In this document: piece after piece, positions 1 to 14,654 of the stretch | How positions within the stretch are numbered: the first letter of the stretch is position 1 | Layout of the letters: the number at the start of each line of letters is the position of its first letter | DNA from: Euglena gracilis | Lineage: Eukaryota | Reading direction: 5' to 3' | NCBI GenBank assembly: GCA_039621445.1 | Contig: CP154954.1 | Location: forward strand, 38,611,703-38,675,702 | Length of the DNA: 64,000 nt | Notes under the pieces: model-generated | What the model was told of the DNA's origin: nothing | Databases searched by the model: none | Seen by the model: only the letters and a program-made list of their open reading frames with translations | Position numbers and translations under genes: made by a program

Positions 1-380
1 GGGCTTCAAATTAGGTCTCCGGACATTTCCTTTGGTTTGGCTTCATTTTGGAGATATTTTGAAAATTGACATTTTGAGGGGGGGGGGGCTCATCCAGGGG
101 GGGCGGGTAAATCCTACCGAGTTTGGACCCCTTCGCGCGTGAATAACTCGGGCCTGGCGGGGAGTTGGGGGTCAAACCCAGGTGATTCGGAAACTAGGAA
201 TCCAGTCGCTCGCGACTGAAAAAAAAAATTTCGGGAACCGGGCCGGGATCATGGTGATAATCCGTCGGTTCTCCAGGTGGCCCCGACCGGGGGGGGGGGG
301 GGGCGGGGGGGGGCTGGACGGGGGGGGGGATTTCGACGGTGGTAAGCTTCGCTCTTACCCATAAAGGGATAAGAGCTCAG
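1..380. repeat. Fragment of a larger dispersed repeat also present at ~37470-37640 and ~38520-39430
   Basis: Reverse-complement matches such as AAAGGAAATGTCCGGAGAC...TTGAAGCC and CCCGAGTTATTCACGCGCGAAGGGTCCAAACT; direct match GGTAAGCTTCGCTCTTAC at 341 and 38850. Confidence 0.75.
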
Positions 381-1646
381 CGACCCCCCACCTATAAACC
401 CCCCCCACTTATAAACCCCCCAGGCCGACCAACCAAAACGGGACCTATAACCCCCCCCCCCCTGGGGAAGAAAAATGAAAACTGCCGGAAATCTTTTTCG
501 GCTGCAAACCACTCAAAAACTGATTTTTGGCAATTTTTTGAGACCGACCATCATCAAAAATGCCATTTTTGTCCAAACTTGCCAAAATTGTCAATTTGGG
601 GGGGTTCATTTCTGGGGGGCGGATTTTCACCAACAATTCCGGGAACTATACCCCCCCCTTCGGCCGACCAACCAAACCGGATCCTATGAACCCCGGGGGG
701 TTTACAAGTGGGGGGATTTACACCACAGTACCCCACCCCCCACCCACACACCACAGTGCCCCACACATGAAAAACATCTTTTTTGACTCACTAGGCATCA
801 TTTTTTGACTGACTCGGCCTTCGGCCTCGTCCAGGGGGCTCCCCGGACCCCCCCATAACCAAAGTAAGAAGGTCCTTTCTGTGCAGCTGGGGGCATCCAA
901 CAACTAATGTTTTAGGACACCCCCAACTCCCCCACACCCCCCACCCCCCACACACATCCCACACATTCCCTCACACACCCCTCCACCCCCACACATACCT
1001 CCCACAGTACCCCACACTTAAGTGTGGGGGCTCCACTTTATACCATTGGTGAAAGATTCACAAAAAAATGGAAATTTGCGCAGAAGATATGCCAACAAGA
1101 GCGTCCATTTTTAATATAAAAAAAACCTAACAATCTCCCCCCCCCCCAATATAAAGCACCCCCAGGGGGTTTGGTTTTGCTGCCCAAATATAATCCGATT
1201 TTGAGTGCGCAATAAACTGGGGGTTCATTATCTGGGGGAAGGTTAACACACCCATCGTACTGGGTGTCCAAAAATTTACCTGGCCATGTTTCCTGTCTCG
1301 CCCATCAACTTTCACTTGCATTGTACTCTACTCCCTTGTATTGGCCAAAAACAAACTCTTTTTGGGGGGGGGGCTTTATATTTGGGGGAAAATCAACTGG
1401 GTGGGCTTTAAAAATGTTGGTAGCTTTCCACCAGTCAACTAGCATTCTTATGCCAAATTTTGGTTACCAACCTCCTATTTTCCCCGAAATGTGCAATTGT
1501 AACCCAAAATGGAGCATTTCTGGTGAAAAAAAATGCATCCACCCAAAAAGTTTTCTGCTTTTTCCGGAATGGTATCATCGTCTGGATCAATATCAAGAGG
1601 GGGGGGCACCAAACCCAAGATGGTCCAAGGGCTTTGCCCTTGGGGG

Positions 1647-2041
1647 CAGGCATTTGCTTAAGGACCCCGGGGGGGGGGGTACTGGCTAGCCAATCGGCTA
1701 GACACTGAAAATAAGGACTAGCTAGAACCCCCCCCTGGGGGGGGGGGGGTCCGGGGGTTCCCCGAACTGGAAAAATGAGGTTTTTAATAGGTTTTTGGCT
1801 GATTTTGTTCCAAAAATTCCCAAAAATGGCTAAAAAAAACGGGCATTTTTGGCCATTTTTGGAGGTCCACAAAAAAATTTTCGGCACTTCGCGCCGGTCA
1901 CTGGAAAAAAAATTCCACTAGCTAGCCCTGCTAGCAGACCCCGGGGGGGGGGGTCTGCTAGCCACTAGCCAAATTTGGACTAGCTGCAGTCCAGCCCCCC
2001 CCGGGGGGGGGGGGTACTGCAATCCCTTAAGCAAATGCCTG
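1647..2041 (-). mobile_element. hAT-like MITE family A
   Basis: TIR CAGGCATTTGCTTAAGG...CCTTAAGCAAATGCCTG; TSD CTTGGGGG/ATTGGGGG (7/8); homologous to 36914, 50323 and 57018 copies. Confidence 0.9.
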
Positions 2042-4506
2042 ATTGGGGGAGGGGGGTTATCATCTGGGCAAATTTTTTGAAGTCCAAAATTGGCCCAAAA
2101 ATGCTTCAATGGGCTCCAAGCGTGATTTTTTTGGCATTTTATTCAACATCAATGTGTAATGTGTGTCAAGCTGTGACAAGGGGGTATTTGCAAAAATGGC
2201 CACCCCCACTAGCCGGAGTGGGGCTATGGGATGGGGTGTGGGGTGGGTAGGGGGATTGGGGGGGGGGATGTCAGGGTAAACCCCAAAAAAATTTCCTGTT
2301 CCTTTTTGCGTCTTCGGAATTCCTTTGAAATGCGGTTGTGTGTATATTTGGGGGGCTTAACATTTTGGGGGTTATAATGAAGTGTCAGGAGCATGGCTGC
2401 GTGGCTCTGTGTCCAGGCCCCCCAGTGCAGACCCAGTCCCTGACCCCCCCCCCCGTTTTTGCCATTCCCCCGGATCGGGTATTGCCGCCCTGCATCATGA
2501 GCATTGCCCCCATTTTCAGTCCCTCCCCCCCAAGCTGTCCAGAACGCAGCCTTCAACACCTGGATGGCCTCGCTTTGGACTTCGACGCATCGCCGTCGGA
2601 GAAGATGTGGACGCGCTTGCGGCCCCTCCCGCCCAACTGGGGGCCACCGCTTCCCTTCCAGACCCCGGGGTGCCACATGTCCTGAGGCAGAGCATCAATT
2701 TCAGCTTTGGCAGTTGAGAGGCCGGTCGGATGCATTTGCCGCTCTGCTGGGACATGGCGTGGGTTGCCATCCGGGCCACTTGCAAGAAATACGATGCCGG
2801 AAGCTGGCGAGAAGCATGCTTCGGGCTCATCACGTCCCCACGCCTGGAGAGCAGAAGCACCTTTCAAGCAGCAAGTGGATTGGCACTGGGAGGGGGAAGA
2901 CAAGGCTATTGACCAAAAAAAAAAAAACAGGATGGCCACCTCAATTAACACAGAGTCCAAATCAAAACGCAACTGAAACCTTGAAAAAGAAACCCCCCCT
3001 CAATTAGAAATGGTACTGTGGTCCTGTAGCAGGAAACCTGGGAGGGTTTTGGTGAAAAACAAAAAAAATGTTGACGCTTGGATGGATAGGCAATGCTTCA
3101 AGCATGCTGGAAATAAATTTCCCAGTTCAATCTGTTTATTCGAACTTCTTGCAGTTTTGGCACATTTTTTGTTGAATGTGCTCCAGCAGATTTTTTTTGC
3201 ACTTCATTGAGGTCGCCAGATTTCTCTGGGGGGGGGGGGGGGGCTGTTATTTGGATTTTTGGCGGAAATTATTTAGTTATTTAGATTTTTGGCGGCGTTG
3301 TTAAACAGGTGGGGATTATCAAATTGAGGGGCCACTTTGGTGCATAATTGCGTCCAGTCCGTCTGTGGCTGGGCTCTCCAAAATACCAACCCCATGAACA
3401 TGGGAGTTGAAATGACAGCATCGAAAAAAGAGGTAAAAAAAATGGGAAAAAAAGGTCAACACCCACTGTGGAAGGGGAAAATGGATGGCTTAATAAGACA
3501 AAAGCAAACCTCCAGTGCAAAGCAACAGCCCAGCACTGCGGGTCATACAGCACCGGAATTGGCGCCGCTCCTGTTGCTTGGTCCTCCCTGGGCGGCAGAA
3601 AGGCACGGTGGGTTCCCGATGACTTCCAAGCATGCAGTGGAGGCAACACCGTTGGGGATTCCTGTTCCCACTGAAAATGTTGCTGACTGTTGTTGACTGA
3701 ACCAGACAAAGGAGGAGCTGCAATCATTCCCAGCCAGCCAGGGGGAAGTGGTGTTGGCTGGCAGGACGCCATGGGGTGGGAAGAACCTCGGCCCCAACAG
3801 GGGCCAGGGGAATCGAAGAGCGGGAATCTGGGCAGGGTCCAAAACATTTGGCTTTAAAGCCCCCCCGCCAATGCCACCCGAAGGAGTGCACACCGTGAGT
3901 CCTCAAAGATGCGCACCTCTCAAAGGCCAAAAAAAAATGGTTTCAAAAGCACTCCCAAGCTGAGACGGAAAAGGATTTGACTCCAACAAAGAACAGCAAT
4001 GAAAGCGTAAAAAGGTGGAAATTGAACCCTTGTTGAGGCACTTTGGTGAGCCCTGATAAATGTTTATGTGACTCCACCCCGGCAGTTTTGAAGCCATCCC
4101 CCACTTTTTGGGGGTCCTTAAACCCCTCATATAGACCGAGAAGATGCCCAAAGTGGTGAGGGGAAAAAGCAAAAAATGTTGCATGGGCATTGTCGGCCAT
4201 CATGCATTTCTTTTGAAAACAAGCCTCGTTGGAAAGGCCAGTGTGATTCTGAGTGATGCTCCCTTAACTCGCGACCTGCAGCTGGGCAGAGTTAATCAGG
4301 TCCTACAAACCTTGGGCGGCAAGCACCCATGGCCATCCAGAACACAAGCACGCCCACCCATGCCCAGTTGTCCCTAGAAACCCGGGTGTCAAAAAGGACC
4401 AAAAAGTGACCAAAAATGGCGATGCATAAACAAAAAATAACCAAAAGTGTCCACAAGTGGCCCAAAGATTGTTGAAAAGGGCCAAAAACAGCCAAAAAAG
4501 GCTGAG

Positions 4507-5464
4507 CAGGGGGGGGGGATGCGCTGGACGGCCCTCGGAAAAAATGCGCAAAAATGCGCAAAAAAAATGCGCAAAAAATGCGCTGAGTTTATGACATTCC
4601 TCAGGGAAAAAGGACTTATAAAAATCTCCAACAGTAAACCCAAAATTAAACCAAAATCACCAAAAAGAGCTGAAATGAAGGCATTTTGGCCAAAATGCAT
4701 GACCAAGGCGTCACTCTCCGTTCACCATAACCCCCCTCCCAAATAACACCCCCCCCCAAATAACACCCCCCCCCCAAATAACACACCCCCCTCGGGGGCC
4801 GATTTCGAGCGCCCAAATAACACACCCCCCTGTTTTCCTTTGGTTTTGCATGTAAAAATAGCACCCCCCCCCAAATAACACCTCCCCCCCTTGGGGCCCC
4901 AGTTCGGGTGCCCAAATAACACACCGGGGGGGGTGTTATTTGGGGGGGTTTAACCAACAATGTCAGCCATGGTTGCCCCTTACTGGTGACCAGGGGAATG
5001 GGATTCCCGCCTTGGTTACGTGCCAATGTGGGGTCTCTGAAACCCTAGTGTCTTCATCGTCATTGGATGAGTACCCATACCTCATCACCCAAGGGTTTTC
5101 TCTTGAGGCGGGTTCCTTGGGTGGAAAAAAAAATGCGAAAATGGGTTCGTTGGTTACAGAAATGGTCAGTTAAACGTGGGCAAAATTCGATGAGCATGTG
5201 ATTTGGGTGGAAAATGTGCAAAAACGGCAATATGTGCAAAATTGGGCAAAAAAAATGCGCAAAAAAATGCGCAAAAATGGAAAATGTGCAAAATTGGGCA
5301 AAAAAAATGCGCAAAAAAAATGGAAAATGTGCAAAAACGGGGGAAAATGTGCAAAAAAAATGCGCAAAAAATGCGCAAAAATGCGCATTTTTGAAAAATT
5401 GACAAAAATGCGCAAAAAATGCGCAAAAATGCGGAAAAATGCGCAACACATTCCCCCCCCCCTG
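4507..5464 (+). mobile_element. AAAAATGCGC-repeat element carrying nested insertions (AAATAACAC-core MITE at ~4725-4955)
   Basis: Same termini and internal repeat as 19401-19845; GGCTGAG on both flanks. Confidence 0.65.
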
Positions 5465-8400
5465 GCGGCTGAGCGTTGCAAAACTGACCAAAAAGTGGCA
5501 AAAGTGGCCAATTTGGCCAAATTTCCTCTCGCCCCCAGCCACGCCCCTCAGGCCCAACATAGGTGCTCAGGGGGAGGTTTGTCAGAGGGTCTTTCGCAGA
5601 AAAACTAGTTGGTTTCCTGAAAAGGATGCTGGTCCTGGTTTTAACCCCCCTCTGGGCTTCGTTTAAAACCCCGGGGGGAAGGGGGGCCCCCCCACCCACC
5701 CAGCCTGCCACGGAACCCCCTCCCCCCGGGAGGCGGGGACCCCTCCCAAAAAAAACAGGGCTGTCTAAGGGCATTTCCAAAAAAAATGAGGACACCGTGT
5801 GGCTTGGAGGCACCACAAAAGGGAAGGAGATCAGGCTTCTCTTCAAGACCTCGGGGGAGGGGAGGGGGCCCAACCCACCGAGCCCAGTGCGGGACCCCCC
5901 CCCTGTGTGCACTGCGCGGGACCCCCCCCCCGGGGACCCCCCCCCAAAAAATCGGGCTGGTTGGGTCACTGAAACCCAGAGCCGGCCTCCAGCCCAGGCC
6001 CCGGAAAAAATTTGGGCTGGCTGGAAAGGGGTAGTTGTTGAAGAATCAACCAAAAAGAGGGGCAGGATGCATCCCAAAGCAGCCACAAGCCTTCTTTCTC
6101 TCCCCCAAGAGCAGAAGCTTGAGGGAGCTCAGTGCTCCTTTTGGCCGTGGAGTGAGTTTTCAGATTTAAACTCTAGGTAGGCTTCCTCAGGGAATAAACC
6201 CTTTTGCCACTCTGGTCCACGTTGACACCCCTCAAAACATATAAAAAAATCCCCATCTAGCCAAGGCGCAGGAATCAAGAAAAAGGCTGGCAATTTCATC
6301 CCATAATGGCCTCCTTTTTCGCATACACATGCACAGACCATCACATACACACACACTCACACACACGTCAGAGACAGAGGAGCCACAAAAATTGACCTGC
6401 GCTGCTGAAAATAAAGATGGCGTAGCAATGGAGCGCTGTGGCAATTGTTGAACATCCGACTGCCAAACTGCAGCTCATACACTGTTCTGGGATTGGGGGA
6501 AGCCAAATGGGTTCATGGATGGATGGTGAACAGACAGCGTCCATTCTGGCATTTTTCTGACATTCTGGCCCAACAGACGAAGCGGCTCACACATCAAAGG
6601 GGTCCGGCCCGCCAGGGCACCTTTTTCCACCCTGAAGCTCCCAGCCGGGCTGCGGACCACCCCAGGGTTCCGCTGCAATAAAGTTGGGGTCAACCTGGCA
6701 AAGCCAGGATGGACCGAAGAAGTTCTTCGGTGAAAATTGGGGTTTTCCAGCCTCCCTTGGCCTGACCCACCCCCTATGTCCAACGACCGGTAACCTCTGT
6801 CCTCCGACCAGGGGGGAGGGGGGGTTGGACAAGGGGTCAAAAAAAAAGTTGTACCTGGGACCCCACCTCCCAAAAAAGGTCTCAATTTTCCTCCCGGTGC
6901 TTTGGCAGTTTGACAATTTTTTGCCCCCCACCCCCAAAAAGTGCCACAAACAGCACTTTGGCCGATTTTTGGCTGATTTGATTTTGAACGAAAAAAAAAT
7001 TCAGGCCGACACTTTGAGCCAGGCCAAAAATCAGGTCCACCGAAAAAGGTGTCCTCCGACTGGCTGGGGGGTGGTCGTTGGACATAGGGGGGGGGGGGGT
7101 AAATGAACCCCTGTCAACAACTACCAGCCACACAAGCGAACACAACGCACAGCCCGTCAACCGGATACGTGACACTCCTTGCCATGTACAATGTCCTGAA
7201 ATACTGGAATGGCTTTGAAATCAACCCCCAAAAAATAAGCCCCTCCTCCGAGATAAGACCTCCCGAAATAACACCCCCCAAAATTAGGCCCTCCCCCTGT
7301 GAAAACTTTCCCTGAAACACCAAAAACCAAATAACCACAAACCCCAAATTCAGGAAAATGATGAAATTTCAATTTGAAATTTTTGAGTTTTAAAAAACAT
7401 GGTCAACGTCAAGCTGAACCAATTGCACGTGGCACATGGCACGAAGCGCCGAAAATAAGACCCCCAAAAATAAGACCTCCCTGTTTCCAGCAACAGACGC
7501 AAAAATAAGCCGCGGATCTTATTTTTTGGGGGTTACTGGAAATACTTTGAATCCTTCTTCGGGCTACCCTCATCACGTTAAATAATTAGACAACTCTTCA
7601 CGTGGAATAATAATCCCAGCCATCCCTGCCGTTCAGCCATCTTGCTCTCCATTGTCAGGTCAGACTGGTATTCAACCACGGGATCCTGAAAGCAAGAAAC
7701 CAAAATGTTTCCTTCTGGTTGCGATTTGCAAGATGGACCGCTGCCCCAAATGACAAGGGCCGCACGTGAAGAAGAGGAGAGTCTGCTCACTGGGCTTCCG
7801 ACACCGAAGGGATTCTGGATTCTAAATTGACCCATGCGACTCCCAGGGTCCTGAAGGGAAAGTCTTTCACTGTTTCCAACTGGAGAAGAACCGGGCTTTT
7901 GGGGCATTTCAAAAAAAAAGTGTTAAAACGTGAAACATAGATTTCCCACACAATAACGTGTAAAATATCACACAAAGATTGGATTTGAATTTCCGGAATG
8001 CAAAAAGACAAATGTGCATCAACGGGAGGAGTCGCGCATTTACAACTGAACAGCTTTCTCTGCACGTGCACAAGGGGAAAAAATCCTGTCCATCACTGTG
8101 TAATTGTTGCATTTGCGGTTGGAAACAGGAAATTCTCCTCCATCTCCTCTGAACTGAATGATGAGGATTACAGGCTTCCCTAGAGATGAATTGCAAATGT
8201 GTTGAGTGAAAGGTGTTCAAGTGGGGAAGGTGGGGAAGGCAAGAGAGGAAGGGTGGGTGAAACTTGAGCTCAAATGCAATTTGGAGCTCCTGCATTGTCG
8301 ATGTACTTGTGCCAAAAAACGTTAAACCCCCACTAAAAAAGTGCACGGGGGCGCGCATTTTAAGGACGCAGTTTCGGGCCCCAAGGGGGTGCGTACTTAT

Positions 8401-11400
8401 TAGAGCACTGCGCACTTATTAGGGCAAAGCACAAAATACTTAATTTTCCCCCACTCATTTTCAGTTTTTCCCCTCCTTGTGATCTTTTGATGTCAAGCAA
8501 TGAGTCAAGTGAGTATGTGTCAAATTGGGCTTGGACGCAGGGTTGACGTTTTTTTTGTTTTTTTTAAAAAAAACATGTTTTTTTTATAAAAAAACGCAAA
8601 AAAAAACTTTTTTTTTTTGAAAAAGCAAAAAATTGACCTTTTTCCTTGCGAAATGGCCATTTTTTGAAGAAATTTTTTCGCGGGCAGTTCGGGTCACGGG
8701 GGGGGGGGGTCACGGGGGGTGGTCACGGGGGGGTCACGAGGGGGGGTCACATTTCCGGTGGCCAGATTAGGAATCACCGAAAACGAATTTATTGGGAAAA
8801 AATCCTTTCTAGGCTCCAAAATAGGAATCCCCAAACGAAAATTAGGAAATCTACCAGAATATTTTGTCAAATTAGGCATCACCGGCCAAGTTTTTCAGAA
8901 AAAAAATGGCCGAAACGGGTCTTAGGTTGGGTTGGGGGTGGGGGGTCATGGGGGGAGCACCCCCTCTGAAGTTTTTTTTTCAAATGTGTGAAAGTATTTC
9001 CAAATCTGTGTTTTCTGGTGCGAAAAATCATGCTTTCAACCCAAAAAAATGAATGCTGCAGAGATAAAAAATGCACATTTTCCCAAAAAAAACATTGCAA
9101 AAAATTTTCCCCCGAACCCTCCATGACGTTTTTTTTGTTTTTTTTTAAAAAAAACATATTTTTTAATAAAAAAACATGTTTTTTTGTTTCAAAAAACAAG
9201 CCGTCAACCTTGCTTGGACGATAGAAGTATTTGGTCAAAGAAGGACAGTTCTGAGGATTGTGTGTGCTTTCCGGCCTGAGATGTCACAGTGATTTCTCCG
9301 TTGGGAGTTCGGACCCTTGGGGGGTGCGCACTCATCGGGGGGGGGGGGGGTTGAAAACAACCTTCACGGCAGTTTGTGTCATTTTCTCTCTATCCCAACA
9401 ATGTAAGCAAAGGTGCACACCTTGAACCAATCCAGCCGTGCGTGCCGCCACTCCTTATTCGACTTCAATTCGGACAGAGGATGAAATCCTCGGCCAAACC
9501 CCAGAAATCGCTCCCGAGGCAGGGACCCTCCTCTGCGCCAAGGGCACAGGCCATCCCAAATAGGGGCCATATGCAGAGAGAAACCCGGATTCAAAATCCA
9601 CACTTGAAGCCCTCCAGACGGGGAGTGGTTGTCAAGAAATAACGGTAAATGGATTCCCAACAGAGAGTTTACCAGAAACAGCCCCTTGCCGACGCTTCAA
9701 GCATGCCAAGTACTGCCTGCTCTCTTGTGCGCTGGCCACCCCCCACCCCTCTAAAAAAAGAAACTTCATTAAAGCATTCTTGAAATTGCACTGGCCAATA
9801 CCCAAATGAACACACTGTGGGTCACGGCAAATCCGACTTAAAAAAAATCGTTCTGTTCCCAAAGAGAACGTTTGGAAAGATGCAAAAAAATCCACATCAA
9901 ATCAATCATGAGCAACAAATGAAATTATATTTGTGGGATCATGTTCAATCCAATGGGCTGGGGGGGGGCAAAAAGCCAAGAAAATAGGGGTTCATGATGG
10001 CCCCAAACAGGCTGGAAGATCAACTCTGGGGCATACAATTTTTTACCGACCCCCGGGGGGTGAGGGGGGGGGGGTCACTCCACTTTTCGAAAAACCAGTC
10101 AGTCACTTTTTTCAGGAAACCAGTCAGTCACTACCCCCAGGGGGGGGGTTGGCCAGTCTGGAATCCAAAGGAAATTCGACCCAAAACATGAAAAAAAAGT
10201 CACCCACCCACCAGTCACCCCCCCCGGGGGGACAGTGACTAAGTGATTGTATGCTCTGGGGGGCCAAAGGCTTCAGCAACCAGGGGGCCAGAAGGGCACG
10301 TGTTATTTTGTCCACAAAATAACAACCACGGTTATGTGGATGCAAAATTAGCAGGGGGCGTACATGTATTTAAACCTTGCCAACTCATTTGGACACCACC
10401 CTTCAGAGATTTTCATTAAACACCCAAACACCCAAAAATTGAGATGGACATGAATTTCGGCCAAACGACGTTCTACTGTTAAAATAAAAATTCCTAACAA
10501 CAGATCGCTTGATTTATGGTGCCCATTTCGGCGCGAAATTTGGTTCATTTTTGACGGCGTGTGCAAGTGGGTGGCATCATCGGGGGTGCACAATCATTGG
10601 GGGGGTCACACCTCCTCCTTCCTCAATTGGAAGGACAAAACAATTGTTTGCTCGATCCTTCCACATGACCAAACTGCCCCCCCCCTTTGCCCACCGACCG
10701 GGTTCCTACAATCCTCGACCCACACCTCCCTGGTTGCAGGCGTAAATCAAGAAACAGATGGGGGGGGTACCGGCAGAGAGGATGTGCCCCAATCCACCTC
10801 CTGTTGGCCATGGGGGGGGGGGGCAATTGCTTAAACGGCCACAAACAGACAAGAAGCCTTAGTGCAACTAAGGGGGGCAATTGTTTACCCCCCTTTGCCC
10901 GCCGACCAGGGGTTAAGGGGGTGCGTACATCCACCCCCCTGGCCTGGCGACCCAGGCCATGGGATGGCCGTGACCTCGACCGAAGGCCAAGCCAAGGGAG
11001 GCAGGGAGCGTCCCCGCCAAACGTTGGGGTCCACAACGTGTCCCGCGTGGCTCGACGGGTGGGCGTAGCACAGGCCCTTGTGCGCCAGCCGCATTGCGAT
11101 GAACAGCGCGCAGTTCCGGTTGGCCTGGATGGTGGCGATGCCCCGCCCCTGACGGGGGAGAAGGCGACCCCACCGTGAGCCATCGCGGCTCACCTTCAAA
11201 CCCAGGGATGTGGGGGAAGCCTTGAGGGGGGTCCAAACCACCCCATTTTTCATCCTTCCTTGATTTCCCCATTGGAACCGGTCAAATGAAAGCAATGCAG
11301 CCAAGGTGTCATTTTAAGGGCAGTTGAGCCAGGAATGCAAAGAAAGGTGCAAATAATTTTGCTTTATGGTTGCGACCATAACCCATAGCTGCCCAAACAA

Positions 11401-11418
11401 AACACGATGGTATGCCAT

Positions 11419-12102
11419 GGGGGGTCGGCACGCCGTGGCGAGCCGTCCGGCTAGGGGGGGGGGGAGGGGGGTTTTTGGCGTGGCGAGGGGGTCCCGGATG
11501 GGGGGGGGGAAGGGGCAGGGTTCGATATAAGGACAGGTGGGGGGGGGGGGGGTGGGCGGGACCCCCCCCCCCTGCGGGCCAGGAGGGGGGGGGGGGGGGG
11601 GGGGACACCCCCCCACCTAAACAGGTGCGCGGTCAGGGTGTCCGAATTTTCGGCCCGGCGCGAAGCGCCGGGCCGAAAATTTTTGACCCCCCAAAACGAC
11701 CAAAAGTGCCATTTTGGGCACTTTTTGGGCAAAAATGTGCCAAAAATGCAAAAAATTTTCGGCGCAAAGCGCCGGAGGAAAAAATTGACCCTTTTTGGGG
11801 GGGGTCAATTTTTGCCCCCGAGGGTCGGTCCGGACCCCCCTTGCAGGTGGGGGGGGGTGGTCCGGACCCCCCCCTGCGGGCCAGGAGGGGGGGGTGGGGG
11901 GGGACACCCCCCCACCTAAACCATGTACGCCCTCCTTATATCGAACCCTGGGGAGGGGTGCGCGGGGGTTTTCCAAGAAAATTTTCTTTGGCGCGGCTGA
12001 CATGGCGTGGCGAGGGGGTCTGAAAAGGGGGGGGAGGGGGGGTAAAATGGCGTGGCGAGGGGGTCGGTGAGGGGGGGGGGAGGGGTGTGCCGACCCCCCC
12101 CC
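11419..12102 (+). mobile_element. MITE family D (PIF/Harbinger-like, 3-bp TSD)
   Basis: TIR GGGGGGTCGGCAC; TSD CAT; carries the 11516-11950 insertion. Confidence 0.8.
11516..11950 (+). mobile_element. hAT-like MITE family E nested in a family D element
   Basis: TIR CAGGGTTCGATATAAGGA; TSD GGAAGGGG/GGGAGGGG (7/8). Confidence 0.88.
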
Positions 12103-13439
12103 CATATGCACAAGCAGCTTCTCTGAGGCGAGCCAAACCCAGCACTGTGGTCCGTTGCAGGAGTCAGGCACTTTGACGCATTTGGGGAGAACGTTCACCT
12201 GTTCGCGAGGAGTGATGGTGATGTAGCTGCTGCACTGCGATGCGAGAACGGGCAGCCCTGCGTGATGGGCGCTGCGGAATGAGGGTGGCTTCGTTGACTG
12301 GGAGCGGTTGCTTCCTTGGTTCCATCATGGCAACGTCGCTCTTGCTTTCTTTCTTTCTCACTTGGCTTCAAAGTGGTCTCGGAATGCAAAAAGATGCTCC
12401 TTCAAGCTTTAAATATCCAGTTGAGGGGGGGATGTGAAGCAAAGCCCCTCTATGTCTGCATTGTGCTTCCATTCCATGCGTGTGAACATGCGGATGCAAA
12501 AGCAAAGTCGCCCAGTCATGACTTCAAAAATAAATAAAATGGTTGTTTTGGAGGAACAAAAAAATAATAAATAAGCAACGATGCCATGGTTGAGAAGGGG
12601 CATTAACTTCTTCGCCAACCAATGGGGCCGGCTTTGCTGCCAAACATGAGCGGATCCCAAAAATGTTAAAACAGATTTCAGAAATTGGTTCTGGGGGGAG
12701 AGCGGTACGGGACTTCGTGGGAGGAGACCCCCTCCCTGGGCCCTGGGGAGAGAGGGTGTTGACCCCTTGACCGTAGCCAAGCTTCTTTTTACTTGTGCCG
12801 TGGAACAGAAATTTCAATATCGAGTTCTTTTTGTGGAACATCAATTCCTATTTTGTTGACCGACTGATGTTATTGAATCCAAACCCCACTGCTCCTGCAC
12901 CCCCCCCCCGTGTCCCAGCCCTGAGGAAATTAGGAAAGTTGCATCTCGCCCTTTATGGCAATTCTTTAAGCCCGTGTACCCCCCCCTCCGGATTTGGACA
13001 AAGCCCGTGGACCCCCTACGCAGGCTTTGGCGGAGGGGGGGTACACGGGCTTTGTCCTGAGCCCTGTGTAGGGGTACACGGGCTTTGTCCTGAGCTGTAC
13101 CCCCCCCCCAAAATGAAAACTGCAATGCACAGCAAAAAGGCAGAATGAACGTTGTCAGTAGTCGTAAAAAACCCAAGGTCAGGCATAGCGTGCAGCCACG
13201 GAATGTTTCTGGGGGGGAAAGCGGCAACTAAGTGAGCCAGTGGTGTCACCGCTATGCTCGCTTGCCCTTCACACGAGCTGGCAGAAGGGGCATTTCGCCG
13301 CCCTCACAGCGCGGACAACACCAGCCATTTCGGCTGGCCCAGGATTTGTAACCTCCGCCTATGAAAAATGGCCGCTGGGGATTTTTCGGGTCGGGCATGA
13401 TTTTTAGTTGGCGTGTATGCGGCAGGGTGAAAATTTCCC

Positions 13440-13980
13440 ACGCACAGCAGTTTGAGCGACTCTTGGCGTTGGCCGAGGCTGTGCAACAACACCATGATGT
13501 TGTACCTTTGAACCTCGAACCAGGAATCCCAGCGCATTTTGGCATGCATTTCCAGCAGAACAAAATTGGGAAATTGCCTGTTTGTCTTTGGAACAATCTG
13601 TCACTCTGGCCTTCCATGCTTTTGGAGCACCGCCAGCACATTCACGTTAGTGGTCAGAGTCGTGGGTGCCATTCATACATGGCCTTAACTGCCACAATTT
13701 TGGGTTCCGTGTTGACCAGGCATTCCGCACAGAGGGTCCACTTTGCAAAAGCAACCATGTACTCATCCAAATTCTCCGTTTTTCCAGCCCCATTCTCGCA
13801 AACTTTCTGGAAATTTTTCAGGGCTGCATATGCCTTTTTCATTTTTTTTACACTCCCCTCAGGATGAGGAACGGCTGTCTCAAAAGTGTCCCTAAAAAGT
13901 GCTGTGTCAGTTGACCATGCTGTTAAGGATTCCAAACCTCCAGGTCCCTCAGGAAATCATCAAGTGTGGGCAGGAGCGGG
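13440..13980 (-). pseudogene. Possible decayed coding fragment of unknown family
   Basis: Protein-like translations (TALFRDTFETAVPHPEGSVKKMKKAYAALKNFQKVCE...; LLEMHAKMRWDSWFEVQRYNIMVLLHSL) can be joined only through a frameshift and a stop. Confidence 0.25.
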
Positions 13981-14411
13981 AGAGCCGACTCGGTGGTGAA
14001 AGGGGGAAAAAAACAGGTCAACGGGTGTCTACATGGCCGCTGTAGGGGGTCCACGGGCTTTGTCCAAATCCGGAGGGGGGGTACACGGGCTTATAAAATT
14101 TTGATATACAGCCAGCGCAAACCTGTGTTCCCCATATGAGACCATGAACCCCCGCCTTCCCAACTGGCCAACCCACTGATTGACCCAACTCCTCGACCAA
14201 GTGACATATTGGGAACCGGCTGTGGCTCTGCCGAATTTGGATGCAAATGTGGCAACAAACACACAACAACCAATGCAACCAAGGAGGCAATGGCCACCAC
14301 ATTGATCATGAAACCCATCATCCATCGGTGAATAAATATTCTGAATCTGGAAAAAAAGGCATTGCCAAGGCCTGGGACTTTCCCCCCTCTTTTTTTCCCA
14401 AAGGGTGAAGA

Positions 14412-14654
14412 GGGGGGTCGGCACGCCGTGGCGAGCCGTCCGGCTAGGGGGGGGGGGAGGGGGGGTTTTGGCGTGGCGAGGGGGTCCCGGATGGGGGGGG
14501 GGGGGGGGGGGCACGGGGGTTTTCCAAGAAAATTTTCTTTGGCGCGGCTGACATGGCGTGGCGAGGGGGTCTGAAAAGGGGGGGGGCGGGGGGGTAAAAT
14601 GGCGTGGCGAGGGGGTCGGTGAGGGGGGGGGGGGAGGGGGTGTGCCGACCCCCC
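14412..14654 (+). mobile_element. MITE family D
   Basis: TIR GGGGGGTCGGCAC...GTGCCGACCCCCC; TSD AGA. Confidence 0.88.

Noticed and set aside
2500-3720. Moderately complex sequence that might be exons
   Set aside because: No consistent frame, splice pattern or recognisable motif; cannot be supported without a search.
5060-6180. Long ORFs (up to 306 aa) rich in FAHF/KMRK
   Set aside because: Translations of the AAAAATGCGC tandem repeat and G/C runs on both strands; no protein-like complexity. The same applies at 19185-19940 and 33019-34006.
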